DNA of 64,000 nt from Octopus vulgaris (GCA_951406725.2 OX597821.1:57350001-57414000), one strand, 5' to 3'. Positions 14,455-28,084 are shown, numbered from the stretch's first letter. The notes: generated by a model not told the origin, from the letters alone. Program-made: numbers and translations.

Positions 14455-15265
14455 TTTGTGTTGATTTATAATGAGTCAGTGTTAGAGTCAGTATAAATAG
14501 TCAAGGATTCAATGTTATGCTAATATTTATGTGAAGAATCAAGGATTCATTGATTGTGCCGATATTGATGTGAAGAGTCAAGAAGTTGCGTTTTGAGATA
14601 ATATTGATGCAAATAGTCAGAGAGTCACTGTTTGTGTTGATATTTTCTTCTCTTTCTCTTGAGACAGCATTCACCCGGGGTGGGTTGAGCTGACTTTATT
14701 CATCCTCAATGCTGCATCTCTCACAAACACCGACCAGGCCTGGCGATTTGAGGCTAACAACCGCGTGATCTCCAACCACTCCTTATTCCAGTGGTGATTG
14801 CCGTCGACATGGGGGCCTAAGTTGGGTTCCAGATCAGCCTTGACTGTCATCGGCCAGGTTTTTTGTTGTCCACCACATTGCTTTTGCCAACCCTGAAGGG
14901 GAGCTGAGGCAATTGCTTCGTAGATGAATTCTCCTGGTTGATGACGGAGGGCATGACCCAGCCAACGCAGACGTCTCGTTAGAATGACTTGTCGGAGGGT
15001 GGTGTCGCACCGAATTGTTGGAGCCAATCCTTCAAACATTCCTCGGTGCTGATATTGATATGAAGAGTCAAGGAATCATTGTTTATGCTGATATTTATGT
15101 GAAGAGTTGAAGAGTCACTGTTTGTGGAGCCATTGTGCTGATATTGATGTGTGAAGAGTCAAGGAGTCATTGTGCTGATATTGATGTGTGAAGAGTCAAG
15201 GAGTCAGTGTGCTGATATTGATGTGTGAAGAGTCAAGGAGTCATTGTGCTGATATTGATGTGAAG
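14455..15265. repeat. About 37-bp minisatellite (gctgatattgatgtgtgaagagtcaaggagtcattgt), split by an RTE fragment
   Basis: Three near-perfect units at 15137-15250 and diverged units on both sides of the LINE fragment. Confidence 0.85.
14660..15045 (-). mobile_element. RTE-like LINE 3' fragment inserted in a minisatellite
   Basis: RRLRWLGHALR...GGQQKTWPMTVKADL...ASNRQAWSVFV. Confidence 0.7.
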
Positions 15266-15318
15266 GATGATAGCTAAAAAAGGAAAAAAATTATCAATAA
15301 ATTAATTAATGTAATTGA

Positions 15319-15793
<475 letters not shown>

Positions 15794-16470
15794 TTAAACA
15801 TGGCGCCAGTCTTGTATTTAATGACATAATACAGTAATTAATGTAAAATTTGAACTCACCATCTCTGAAATTTTTCTTCTTTGAATCCAAATTTTATGTT
15901 TATTTTGTTTATCCTGATGATAACAATGATAATAACAATAATAACAGCAATACAAGAAATGATGAAATAGTTTTTATGTTCCTGTGTCATAAAAAAATGT
16001 ACTTTGTTTGTCTAAATATACGAAGAGAAGGTTGATGGTAGTGGGGTTAAGGTTTACAACAACTGTCATATATATAAAGAATGAGGAGAAATTGGAGAGG
16101 TAATTAATAAAATTATTTATTAATTAGAAAATATGACAATATCTCTGGCAGGTGTCTTGATTCAGAAATCTTTAGATAATTCATAAAATTAAAATCATTA
16201 TAAGATGAATCTCTTCAGAGGTAGTAAGGATATTACCAATTAGAAATACATGTTGTGATAACAGCTATAAAACCGTTAACTAACCAGTATTTTCATTGGA
16301 TTTATGATCCCTTAATGAAGTTTATTACCTTTGCTTGAGATATATATATATATATATATATACATAAGAGGATTTGGTATCCAGAAACAGCTGTAAGACG
16401 ACCCTTCTCTCTATAAAATGTCCTAAAAATTTCACACTGTCTTGGCTTTGTTATCTCATTTTATTTAATA

Positions 16471-16512
<42 letters not shown>

Positions 16513-16811
16513 TAGATGCTAACTTTGGTGGCACCACATAAAAAACACCCAATACACTCCATAATGTGATTGGCATTAGGAAGGGCATCAAGCTGTAGAA
16601 ACCATGTCTAAACAGATGACTGGCGCCTGGTGCAGCTAATCGGCTTACCAGTTCTGGTCAAACTGTCCAACCCATGCCAGCATAAAAAACAGACATTAAA
16701 TGATGATTTTATCTGCTCACAATTTTTTCTAACAAGATACCAATATTCTATTATGATATTCTGTAATTCTTTGTGATTTTTCCATAATATGTTGTTTTAT
16801 ACATTTGGCAG

Positions 16812-16936
16812 TTTCCTTGGATAATATGTGACTACACATCTTCAACTTTGGACATTGACGACCCTTCAATCTATCGTGACCTCTCCAAGCCTATTGGTGC
16901 TGTTAATCCCAAACATGAAGAAGAAATCAGGGAAAA
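16812..16936 (+). CDS. NBEAL1: NBEAL exon 10 (BEACH)
   Basis: tggcag|TTT...AA|gtgagt; [35 protein letters not shown]. Confidence 0.95.
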
Positions 16937-17159
16937 GTGAGTCGTTTATCTATTTTTTATCTTTTACTTGTTTCTGTTATTGGACTTGTTTTATCAGTCT
17001 CTTTTGCTGAACTGCTTTGTTATGGAGACATAAATAAAGTAATACTGGCCGTCTAGTAATGTGGGGGAAGGGATGACAAATACAGACACGAAGAAGCACA
17101 CATGCAGACATGTCCTTCATCATCATTTAACATCCACTTTTCGAAATCGAAATCAAATT

Positions 17160-17622
17160 TGATGACTGGCATCTGTGCTAGTGGAGCACTAAGAGCACCA
17201 TCCGTGCGTGATCGTTGCCAGAGCAGCAAACTGGCTTCTGTGCTGGTGGCACGTAAAAAGCACCATTCTAGCATGATTGTTACCAGCGTCGCCTTACTGG
17301 CACTTGTGCCTGTGGCATGTGAAAAAACATTCAAGCGAGGTCGTTACCAGTGCCGCTAGACTGGCTCCTGTGCAAGTGGCACGTAAAAAACACCATTTGA
17401 GCGTGGCTGTTGCCAGTACCGCCTGACTGGCGCTCATGCTGGTGGCACGTAAAAGCACCCACTACACTCCCGGAGTGGTTGGCATTAGGAAGGGCATCCA
17501 GCTGTAGAAACTCTGCCAGATCAAGATTAGAGCCTGATGCAGCCATCTGGTTCACCAGCCCCTAGTCAAAATTGTCCAACCCATACTAGCATGGAAAGCA
17601 GACGTTCAATGATGATGATGAT
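17160..17622 (+). mobile_element. (GAT)n-tailed SINE with internal ggtggcacgtaaaaagcacc tandem units, representative copy
   Basis: Tail gagtggttggcattaggaagggcatccagctgtagaaa...ccaacccatgc..gcatggaaa...(gat)n. Copies at about 2430, 5000, 11020, 11415, 12960, 13240, 16520, 19765(-), 21720, 28265(-), 30060, 34370(-). Confidence 0.8.
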
Positions 17623-18499
17623 TTTCCATGCTTGCATGACTTAGACAGAGTCTGTTGAGGTGGATTTTCTATGGCCGGATGCCCTTCCTGTCACCAACCT
17701 TCGTCTGATCCAAAGTGAAGTAATATTTCCTTGTGACCAGACAGGCATCCATGGAAGATCGGAAATGAAGAATATCCCTTGCATGACAGTGACTCACATT
17801 TACAACTCACTCACAAACATGCACGCATGAACATACACACACTTGCATGCACACATTTTGTGTTATGCTAAGAAGCGGTTCACAGTAACAGAACTTTTGA
17901 TGTGTCACACATAATTACTCTAAATCTTTGAGAGAGTCAAGAGGAGTCAAGCCTGACTAGTTTGTACTGGCATTGATTCATGTCAGTTGTTATAATAAAG
18001 TCAAACCAGATAGTAGTATTTTGAAATGATTTAATATGAATGTTTCAGGTTTGTTTGATATATAATAGGAAATGCATCCATTACGTAAACCTTCTTCAGT
18101 TAAAGCATTTCAAAACTATGAAGAAATTGATGGAAATATTTCAATATATTTATGTTTTGAATAGCAAGTTGGCTACTATGTTAGGAAGATGTATATGTAT
18201 AGAGAGGGGGAGAGAAAGAAGAGGGACCAAAAGAGAGAGAAAAAAAAGGGGTTAAATGAAGAGAAGGATATATAAAGTGAGATAGTGAGGAAGGGAATGA
18301 AAGATGTATGAGTGAATACTTTTGGAAGAAAATGGGACGGTTTTATTTGTTTGCATACAAAATCAGGTTTGAGAAGGTCCTCTCCCGCCAAATTCTTGAC
18401 CTTCACAATCTGTTACTCTTCATCAAATTAATTATGTCACTACCATGGTTATTGCTTAATTTCTGGTTTTCACTCCCAATTTTTCATTCAAGATCTTGA

Positions 18500-18712
<213 letters not shown>

Positions 18713-18950
18713 TGAGTGAATCTGTGTCTTCTTTTACTTTTCTACCTTAAATTTTTGTTTCCTCTACATTCAAGTACTTCTGATAATGTGTATACCCCAG
18801 TCAGTCTATTGATGTTTAATCTTTATATATATATATGTATATATAAATACACTCACACACACATATATATGATTCAATATATGACCGCGTGTGTATTGTT
18901 GGCAATTTTTTTTCCTCCGTCTTCCCTTCCTTGGACCTTTTCTTTTTCTA

Positions 18951-18986
18951 TGTTTCTGACGAAGAGCTCCGCTTGAAACATTAAAT
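18951..18986 (+). ncRNA. Minimal hammerhead motif, slightly decayed, in a (TA)n-flanked insert (about 18870-19080)
   Basis: GTTT-CTGACGA-A-GAGC(TCC)GCTT-GAAACATT-AAAT. Confidence 0.6.
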
Positions 18987-19079
18987 CCTCCTTCTTTCTT
19001 TCCTTTCCTGAGCATCCAATACTTGTTCCACATCTTCGCGTTATGTGTTTTCTCTTTGTGCTTTCATGTTTCGATTAAC

Positions 19080-19111
<32 letters not shown>

Positions 19112-20663
19112 TATGTATATAAAGGCATAGGAGTGACTGTGTGGTAAGTAGCTTGCTTACCAACCACATGGTTCCGGGTTCAGTCCCACTGCGTGGCAAC
19201 TTGGGCAAGTGTCTTCTACTATAGCCTCAGGCTACCCAAAGCTTTGTGAGTGGATTTGGTAGATGGAAACTGAAAGAAGCCTGTTGTGTATATGTGTATA
19301 TATGTATATGTGTGTTTGTGTCTGTGTTTGTCACCCCAACATCACTTGACAACCGAAGCTGGTGTCTTTACGTCTCTGTAACTTAGCAGTTCAACAAAAG
19401 AGACCGATAGAATAAGTACTAGGCTTACAAAGAATAAGTCCTGGGGTCAATTTTCTTGACTAAAGGCGGTGCTCCAGCATGGCCACAGTCAAATGAGTGA
19501 AACAAGTAAAAGTGTAAAAGAATATGTGTCTGATTATTCCTCGATCACTGTATCGTTACTGTATCACTGTAACGATTTCCTAAACTTAAAATATATTAAC
19601 TGACAAGCGCAGGTGTGTGGCTGTGGGGCAAGAAGTTTGCTTTCCAACCATGTGACCTTGGGTTCAGTCCCACTGTGTGACATCTAGAGTAAGTGTCTTC
19701 TACTGTAGCCCTGGTCCAACCAAAGCCTTGTGAGTGGATTTTGTAATTGGAAATTGAAAGAAGCCTGTCATCATCATCATCATCATTTAACGTCTATTGA
19801 CCATGCTGACATGGGTTGGACGGTTCGACCGGCGTCTGGGAAGCCAGGAGTCTACATCAGGCTCCAGTCTCATCTGGCAGTGTTTCTACAGCTGGATGTC
19901 TTCCTAACGCTAACCATTCCGAGGGTGTAGTGGATGCATTTTTACATGCCACTGGCACAGGGGCCAGACGGGGGCTGGTATTGACCATGATCGGATTGTT
20001 CTTTTTACATGCCACTGGCACAGAAGCCAGTCAAGGCAGCGCTGGCATTGACCACATTCAGATGTTGCTTTTTACGTGCCACCGGCACGGGGATAATAAC
20101 TACAATTTCCATTTGATTGTGATTTGATTTGATTTTGGTGTACTTGACTCAATAGATCTCCTCAAGCACTATATATAATTATTATTATGAAGGTAGCTGG
20201 CTGAATCATTAGCACACCGGCCAAAATGCTTAGCTGTATTTCGTTCATCTTTACGTTCTGAGTTCAAGTTCCGCTGAGGTCACTTTAGTTTGCATGCTCT
20301 CAGGGTTGATAAAATAAGTACCAGCAGAGTACTGGGGTCAATATCATTGACTACCCACTTCTCCCAAGTTTCAGGCCTTGTGCCTATAGTACAAAGGCTT
20401 ATTATTATTATTATCTTCTGGAAATATTTACTATATTCTGTTTGATAGATCGCAGCCACTCTGACACATCATCTGTATTAGATAAGTGTTTTGGAGTTAC
20501 AAATTATATTATGCAGTTGAATACAATAATTGAAAACATCTCCAACTGACTGGGGTACACCAAAACCCAAGTAACAGGGTGGACAGCAGAGATGACAGCA
20601 ACAAGATTTGTCATTTAGTATAGGATAAAACTATAAATGGATGGGCTGCGCTAAACCATTCAT

Positions 20664-21087
20664 ACAGTTCTATATTTAAGAGATGAGGAATTATTTACAT
20701 TTGACGGATATTTGTCCTCATCTTGTTTGTTGTTAACACAACGTTTCAGCTGATATATCCTCCAGCCTTCATCAGGTGTCTTGGGGAAATTTCAAACTTG
20801 GGTTCTCATTCCTAAGGTATTGTTCGATGTTATTATTATAATATGCCCACAGGCATTTGGCGCAGTGATTAAGAGCGCAGGCTACTAACCCCAAGATTCA
20901 GAGTTCAATTCCAGGAAGTGACCTGAATAATAATAATAATAATAACAACAACAGCATCGAAAAATATCTTAGGAATGAAAAACCATGTTCGAAATTTCCC
21001 CAAGACACCTGATGAAGGCTGGAGGGTATATCAGCCGAAACGTGTTAACAACAAAGATGAGGATAAATATCCATCAAATGTAAATAA
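20664..21087. mobile_element. Palindromic tRNA-head/hammerhead non-autonomous retroelement, best-preserved copy
   Basis: Inverted HHR tails around a tRNA-like head and (TAA)n; 12-bp TSD taaaccattcat at 20652-20663 and 21088-21099. Confidence 0.8.
20735..20780 (-). ncRNA. Minimal (Penelope-type) hammerhead ribozyme motif
   Basis: Minus strand: GACAC-CTGATGA-A-GGCTG(GAGGATATAT)CAGCT-GAAACGTT^GTGTT; palindromic AACGTT replaces stem III. Confidence 0.75.
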
Positions 21088-21107
21088 TAAACCATTCATG
21101 TTTCTAA

Positions 21108-21311
<204 letters not shown>

Positions 21312-22002
21312 TAAACCTTTCCCTGCAATTCATCTTCCTAACATCTTCCCCATGTCTCTTTTACTGCATCCCTCTTTTTCTCCATCTCTGCCTATCTCCT
21401 ACACCCCTTTTGCCCCCCGTCCAAACTTACCTATCCATTCATCATGTCAAAATCTTTTCTATCGCTTATATTCATCTCCTGATACTTTGAGAATACACTC
21501 TGACATCATCATCATATCTCTCTCCAACTCTCTCTTTTCCTCTCTCTTGTTCTATCTCCCTCATCCTCCTTCTCCATTCCCCTCTTTCTCTCTTTTCCTC
21601 TCTCTCTCTTTCAAATGGAGTAGCCACATATCTCTTCTGTCCTTCTGCCTTGGTTTAACTTCTGACACAAAGGCATCTCCCTTTATAATACTCACTCCAC
21701 CTCTCAGTTGAGGGAGGTCTTGTCTTGTGACTTATTTGGTGACCTCCCTGGCACCAATGCCATATAAAAACCACTCAGTCCACTCTGAAGAGTGGTTGGC
21801 ATTAAGAAGGGCATCTAGCTGCAGAAACCATCCCAAAACAGACATTGGTAGAATCTTCTGGTTTGCCATCTTCTGCTGAACCATCCAACTCTGCCAGTAT
21901 AGAAAATGGATATTAAATGATGATGATAATGATGTTAATTATTATTTTGATGAAGAAACTTTGGAATTAATGATGTAACATTAAGAAACTGTTATTTCTT
22001 AA

Positions 22003-22332
<330 letters not shown>

Positions 22333-22752
22333 TAGTCGAGCAAATCGACCCCAGGATTTATTCTTTGTAAGCCTAGTACTTATTCTATCGGTCTCTTTTG
22401 CTGAACTGCTAAGTTACGGGCACATAAACACACCAGCATCAGTTATCAAGCAATGTTGGTGGTGGTGGTGGGGGGTCAAACACAGACACACATACACACA
22501 CATATATATATGTATATACATATATATGACGGGCTTCTTTCAGTTTCCATCAACCAAATCCACTCACAAGACTTTGGTCGGCTCGAGGCTATAGTAGAAG
22601 ACACTTGCCCAAAGTGCCACGCAGTGGGACTGAACCAGAAACCACATGGGTACAAAGTGAACTTCTTAACAAAACAGCCATGCCTGCACCTAGGATATTT
22701 GGGAATTTTCTTTTTTTTTTTTTTTTTTTTTCTAAAAGTGATAAAATTCTAA

Positions 22753-23496
<744 letters not shown>

Positions 23497-23885
23497 ATGT
23501 GTGTGTGTGTGTGTGTGTGTGTACATATGCCAGTTAGGACCAAATAATTCAGGAGTGAATATTTGCAAAGATATTATTATCTAGGGTAATATAAGTAAAT
23601 TGATAATAACAATTAATAACATAGGCAATTGCATGCCCCAAAAATGCATTAAATAGCTGAAAGATTAAAATTTATATTAATCAAAGGACATACTGAGTAT
23701 GTCTACCTGCTGGAATTAACAGTAAAAACTCTTATTTAAACCGCTGTAAAAAATAACACTGATAATAACTACAGAAGTCAACCATATTAACAGTGTTATG
23801 TTTTTTCGGTGGTTTAAATAAGAGTTTTGACTGTTATTTCCAGCAGGTAGACATACTCAGTATGTCCTTTGATTAATATATATAT

Positions 23886-24499
23886 ATAACTAATGTAGGA
23901 TAAAATTTTTTTGGGGAAAAAAATTTTATCAATGGCCAGCATATCAAAAAATACCTTTAAATGTTAAATTTATGAATAATTTACAAAATAAGGGCAAAAG
24001 AAAAATTCTAATGCCAAATATGTCGAAAAAAAGACAAAAATTGTCAATAACCGTTATAATTTATGCGTCTCAAAACTAACTGATAGAAATTTCTAAAAAA
24101 TCCGTTATTACCGTATTGGTCCCAATTTCGGGGTTAATTCATAAGAATTTTCCCCTCTTCAGCGATAAATACGTGAGATATAAGTGAAATACTTACTCAT
24201 ACCCATAGAAAAAGCAAGCACCAAGACCTGAGCAGACCTAAGTACCCCAAATATATCCAAAATAGAAAATCTTCGGCACATCTCGAGACACGTGTGATTC
24301 GAACTAGAAACTTTCACAGAGTGAGAGAATCCGAAAGTGAACACTATTCAATTTATAACTAATGTAGGATAAAATTTTTTTTGGGAAAAAAATTTTATCA
24401 ATGGGCAGCATATCAAAAAATACCTTTAAAGGTTAAATTTATGAATAATTTACAAAATAAGGGCAAAAGAAAAATTCTAATGCCAAATATGCCGAAAAA
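23886..24499 (-). mobile_element. Retrozyme/Penelope pLTR-like partial tandem (469-nt unit plus about 145-nt repeat) in (TA)n
   Basis: Direct repeat 23886-24030 vs 24355-24499; intact HHR inside; (TA)n on both sides. Confidence 0.7.
24106..24171 (-). ncRNA. Type I hammerhead ribozyme motif, intact core
   Basis: Minus strand: TATTTATCG-CTGAAGA-GGGGAAAATTCTTATGAATTAACCCC-GAA-ATTG(GGAC)CAAT-A^CGGTAATA; stems I, II and III all pair; AUA cleavage triplet. Confidence 0.85.
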
Positions 24500-25353
24500 T
24501 TATATATATATATATATATCTTGATTGGTGATCATTGCAATTTGTCCGTGACTCTTCCACTTTATCTCGTCCTCTTTCTACCTATCTTCTGTTCTACTTT
24601 CACTTTTCTCTTTTTGTCGCCACCAATAACACCTACACCAACATTCACACCCTTCCACTATGCCTGACCACCACCCCTTCCTCCAACACCTTCAATCCCT
24701 TCTTTGCTGTTTTCTTGCTATTGTTGTATTTTTTGTTTTGCCAAATAAACACATGCACTATATATTCATTCTTCCCTCATTTATTACTGTTCTTATCCTA
24801 ACTCATGTCCATTGTCTGCAAATTTTTCATCACACATCTGTGACCCTTTCAGCGACACTTTTCTTTTCATCTGTGCTCTTGCTCCGTTTACTCATGTGTG
24901 CTCTTGCACACACAAATATGGAAAATGACCATCCCGAAATATAACAATATCTGTTTCAACACACAGCTTCACATCAGGAATCTTGCAACACAAATTGATA
25001 AACATAATGAAGAGAATGAATTTCATTTGAAAGTGTCATAGAGTTTACATCTGGATGCTGAAATGATACAGCTTGGTGGTTGACAGGATAAGACCTAAGT
25101 GTGAAGTGTAGGCTTCAATAAACTTTGGGTAATTTGTGATTAAGGATATTTGGCTGCTAATTGTAACTGGTTGAACAGCCTTGTAGAGATACCCCTCATT
25201 TATGTATATGTGTATGCATGGAATAGGGGGACTGGTACATTGTTTCACTTAAGTATGTGAGTACTAAATAAAAACGAAATTGGAAAAACAAAAGATATTG
25301 ATTATTGCTCAAGATACTTTGATATTTATGTGATGTTGTATTTTGGAAGGTGA

Positions 25354-25509
<156 letters not shown>

Positions 25510-25712
25510 TAACATCAGTTTTTCTCTTGTGATTTTATTATTATTATTATTAACGGGGTGAGCTGGCAGAAACATTAGCACGCTGGGCAAAATGCTTAGC
25601 GGTATTTCGATTCCTGAGAATGATCTGCTTCGTGTTTGATGGTGATGGTTAGATAATGAATACTGCTTTGACTTAACAACTTTTGTGCCATTTCATGCAA
25701 ATTTATGGAAGA

Positions 25713-25966
25713 TTGTCCTCATCTTGTTTGTTGTTAACACAACATTTCAGCTAATATACCCTCCAGCCTTCATCAGGGGGTTTGGGGAAATTTTGAACCT
25801 GGGTTCTCATTCCTAAGGTATTTTTCGATGTTGGGGTTGGTAGCCCGAGCTCTTAACCACATGTCATATGCCCATGGGCATATGACATAGTGGTTAAGAT
25901 GAGGACAAATATCTGGCAAATGTAAATAACATACATAATTCCTCATTTCTTAAATATAGAACTGTA
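25713..25966. mobile_element. Same palindromic tRNA/HHR family, internally deleted
   Basis: Perfect central palindrome atgtcatatgccca|tgggcatatgacat; 10-bp TSD ttatggaaga at 25703-25712 and 25967-25976. Confidence 0.78.
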
Positions 25967-26372
25967 TTATGGAAGAAAGTTTGCTAAATTGTTCTTTTCT
26001 TCAGTAACCCTTTTACTTTAGATAATCTTCATTCATGTCAATATGATAATGAGTGGGTTTACAAATTTAGAAATTTATGAGAAGAAATGAGAAAGGAAAT
26101 CAAATCCTTAAAGCATGAGGGCAATAAAAGTGATTATTTTATTGCTAAAAAAGAAACTTATTATTTATTTGATATTCCTATTTGTAACTTGAGGGTCTGC
26201 CCTGACAGTGTCTTCACTGTCTTCTCTCTTTTCCAACTGGAGTAACCATGTAGCTTCTCTACAGCAAGACACCAGTTCCTGTTGCTCTCACTCTCTTTGT
26301 CTGCCACTATTTTTCAAACTGATTTCTGAAGTGTATCATTATCTCTTTACTATTTTTTTACCATTTGTCTAG

Positions 26373-26486
26373 GAATTACACCCTAAGAGATTAAGCTTTG
26401 AGGAAGTTTCTTCTCGAGCAAACAAATCTGAGAAGCCTTTGAGTATACTAAACTTTATAAATCAGCTGAAAACCTATTTCGTCGAG
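26373..26486 (+). CDS. NBEAL1: NBEAL exon 16
   Basis: gtctag|GAA...GAG|gtaata; ELHPKRLSFEE...QLKTYFVE. Confidence 0.92.
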
Positions 26487-26625
26487 GTAATATATTGGCA
26501 TTGTCTGAAACTTTCCACATCTAAAACACTCCAACATTACTGCTACAATGCATACACACACAAACAAACACATACACACACACACACATCCAGAGCAGTT
26601 ATATGTTTCCGGTCTTCTTTTGCAG

Positions 26626-26715
26626 GTGTCTGACAGCAATGATCCTGTCGTTTATATAAGTGTGCCAAGGATACAGACACGCTCTATCATTCAACATGGC
26701 ATGCCTGATAGTATG
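26626..26715 (+). CDS. NBEAL1: NBEAL exon 17
   Basis: ttgcag|GTG...ATG|gtgagt; VSDSNDPVVYISVPRIQTRSIIQHGMPDSM. Confidence 0.9.
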
Positions 26716-27974
26716 GTGAGTATCCAGGTGGATTACTTCAGTTACATCCAGCATATACACTCAGCTGGCCTGCTTACATTAATTACTTCCATTTCTTTCT
26801 ATAGCGTGAATGTGTGTGTGTGTTGTGTTGGAGGGGCTGCATAGAAAACAGATGTAAAATTATGATAAAGATATATATATAGGTGCAGGGGTGGCTGTGT
26901 GGTAAGTAGCTTGCTTACCAACCACATGGTTCCAGGTTCAGTCCCACTGCGTATCACCCTGGGCAAGTGTATTCTACTATAGCCTCGGGCTGACCAAAGC
27001 CTTGCGAGTGGATTTGGTAGACGGAAGCTGAAAGAAGCCTGTCGTATATATGTATGTATGTGTATATGTTTGTCCCCCCAACATCGCTTGGCAACCAATG
27101 CTGGTGTGTTTATATCCCCGTAACTTAGCGGTTCAGCAAAAGAGACCAATAGAATAAGTACTAGGCTTACAAAGAATAAGTCCTGGGGTCAATTTGCTCA
27201 ACTAAAGGTGGTGCCCCAGCATGGTCACAGTCAAATGACTGAAACAAGTAAAAGAGTATGTGTTTGTGTGTGTGTTTGTGCATGTGTGTGTGTGTGTGTA
27301 AAGCTTTACTTTTATATTACACTACAGAAGACGGTAGAGATTATAATTTTTTATGACTTACTAGGGTTGTCACTGTTTAGTTACATATTTAGGAGTGGTT
27401 GTAATTTACTTATGGAATTTATTTATCAATACGGTTGTACATTGGGCAAATGTGTTTGTAAGTTGTGGTTTCTTTGGTATGTTTGTTCCAAAACAACACT
27501 TATTTTAGTGCTGTTGACACTGCCAAATTGAATGGCACTGCCCGGGTGTCAAAACCATAATGATATCTGTGGGGCAGCTGATGATGGACGTATGCTGAAT
27601 TGTTGATATGGCTGTGGAATAGTATTATAACACATCCTTTTGATATAATCATTTAATATCTGCTTTTTTATGCTTGCTTGAGTTGGAATTTGTTGAGGCA
27701 GATTATCAACAGTCAGATGCCCTCCATGTTTCCAACCTTCACCTGTTTCCAAGAAAGTGAATATTTTCCTATAACTATACATGTTTTTCATAGAAGACTG
27801 AAAACAAAACAACATCACTTGTATAACTGTGATGTTCATTTAACTGGAAACAAAACAGCATCACTTGTATAACAGTGATGTTCGTTTAACTATCTCATTA
27901 TGTCAAGACAGAGAGGTACACACACACACACACACACACACTTGCATTGATGATGATCATTGTATTTTTTGCAG

Positions 27975-28084
27975 ATAACTTTGACTGAGGATCGCGTCCT
28001 TGGTGTCCATGGTTGGCTATGTTATGATAAATCAATTTCCCACTATTTCACCTTTGAAAAAGATCCTTCTCTGGCAAACAACAA
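27975..28084 (+). CDS. NBEAL1: NBEAL exon 18
   Basis: ttgcag|ATA...AA|gtaagt; ITLTEDRVLGVHGWLCYDKSISHYFTFEKDPSLAN. Confidence 0.92.

Noticed and set aside
17160-17470. ggtggcacgtaaaaagcacc repeats resembling a CRISPR array
   Set aside because: They are internal tandem units of a dispersed SINE seen many times in the window.
20858-20925. tRNA gene (A/B boxes, CT-ACT-AA loop)
   Set aside because: No proper acceptor stem, and it is always embedded in the repeat. It is a tRNA-derived head whose parent tRNA I could not assign. The same applies to 32473 and other SINE heads.
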